DNA of 64,000 bases from Eledone cirrhosa (Eukaryota), in assembly GCA_964016885.1 (NCBI GenBank), contig OZ024741.1, positions 37,014,001 through 37,078,000 of the forward strand. The letters are read 5' to 3'. The position numbers were made by a program, and so were the translations under genes. The notes under the pieces are model-generated. The model had not been told where the DNA came from. It did no database searches and worked only from the letters and a program-made list of their open reading frames with translations. This document shows positions 63,941 through 64,000 of this stretch, piece by piece (the stretch's first letter is position 1; the number at the start of each line of letters is the position of its first letter).

Positions 63941-64000
63941 TATATATATCATCATCATCATCATCATCAACGTTTAACGTCCGTGTTCCACGCTTGCATG

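Overview
Repeat-saturated, non-genic animal DNA. The mix of RTE LINEs, tRNA-headed SINEs and very long (TA)n/(CAT)n/(CAC)n tracts suggests a cephalopod such as Octopus (inference). Bases 1-19.7 kb are a 48-bp G/T-rich satellite with two inverted blocks spaced exactly 11,225 bp apart. The rest is microsatellites, many RTE-clade LINE fragments (APE endonuclease, RT, PHD-like finger), two tRNA-derived SINE families, piggyBac-type and hAT-type MITEs, and a 5'-truncated Penelope-like element (RT thumb plus GIY-YIG ORF) joined in frame to an RTE. No intact host gene is supported, and nearly all long ORFs in the track are repeat artefacts. Most interesting: (i) four clear and two degenerate minimal hammerhead ribozymes, one in the Penelope 3' region; (ii) two adjacent minisatellites, each amplified from LINE coding sequence; (iii) a foldback element with a tRNA-like core; (iv) a dimeric RTE-derived unit with an identical microsatellite linker in two dispersed copies; (v) the inversion-containing higher-order satellite. 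Coordinates were read by eye, boundaries of degenerate elements are approximate, and no database searches were run.
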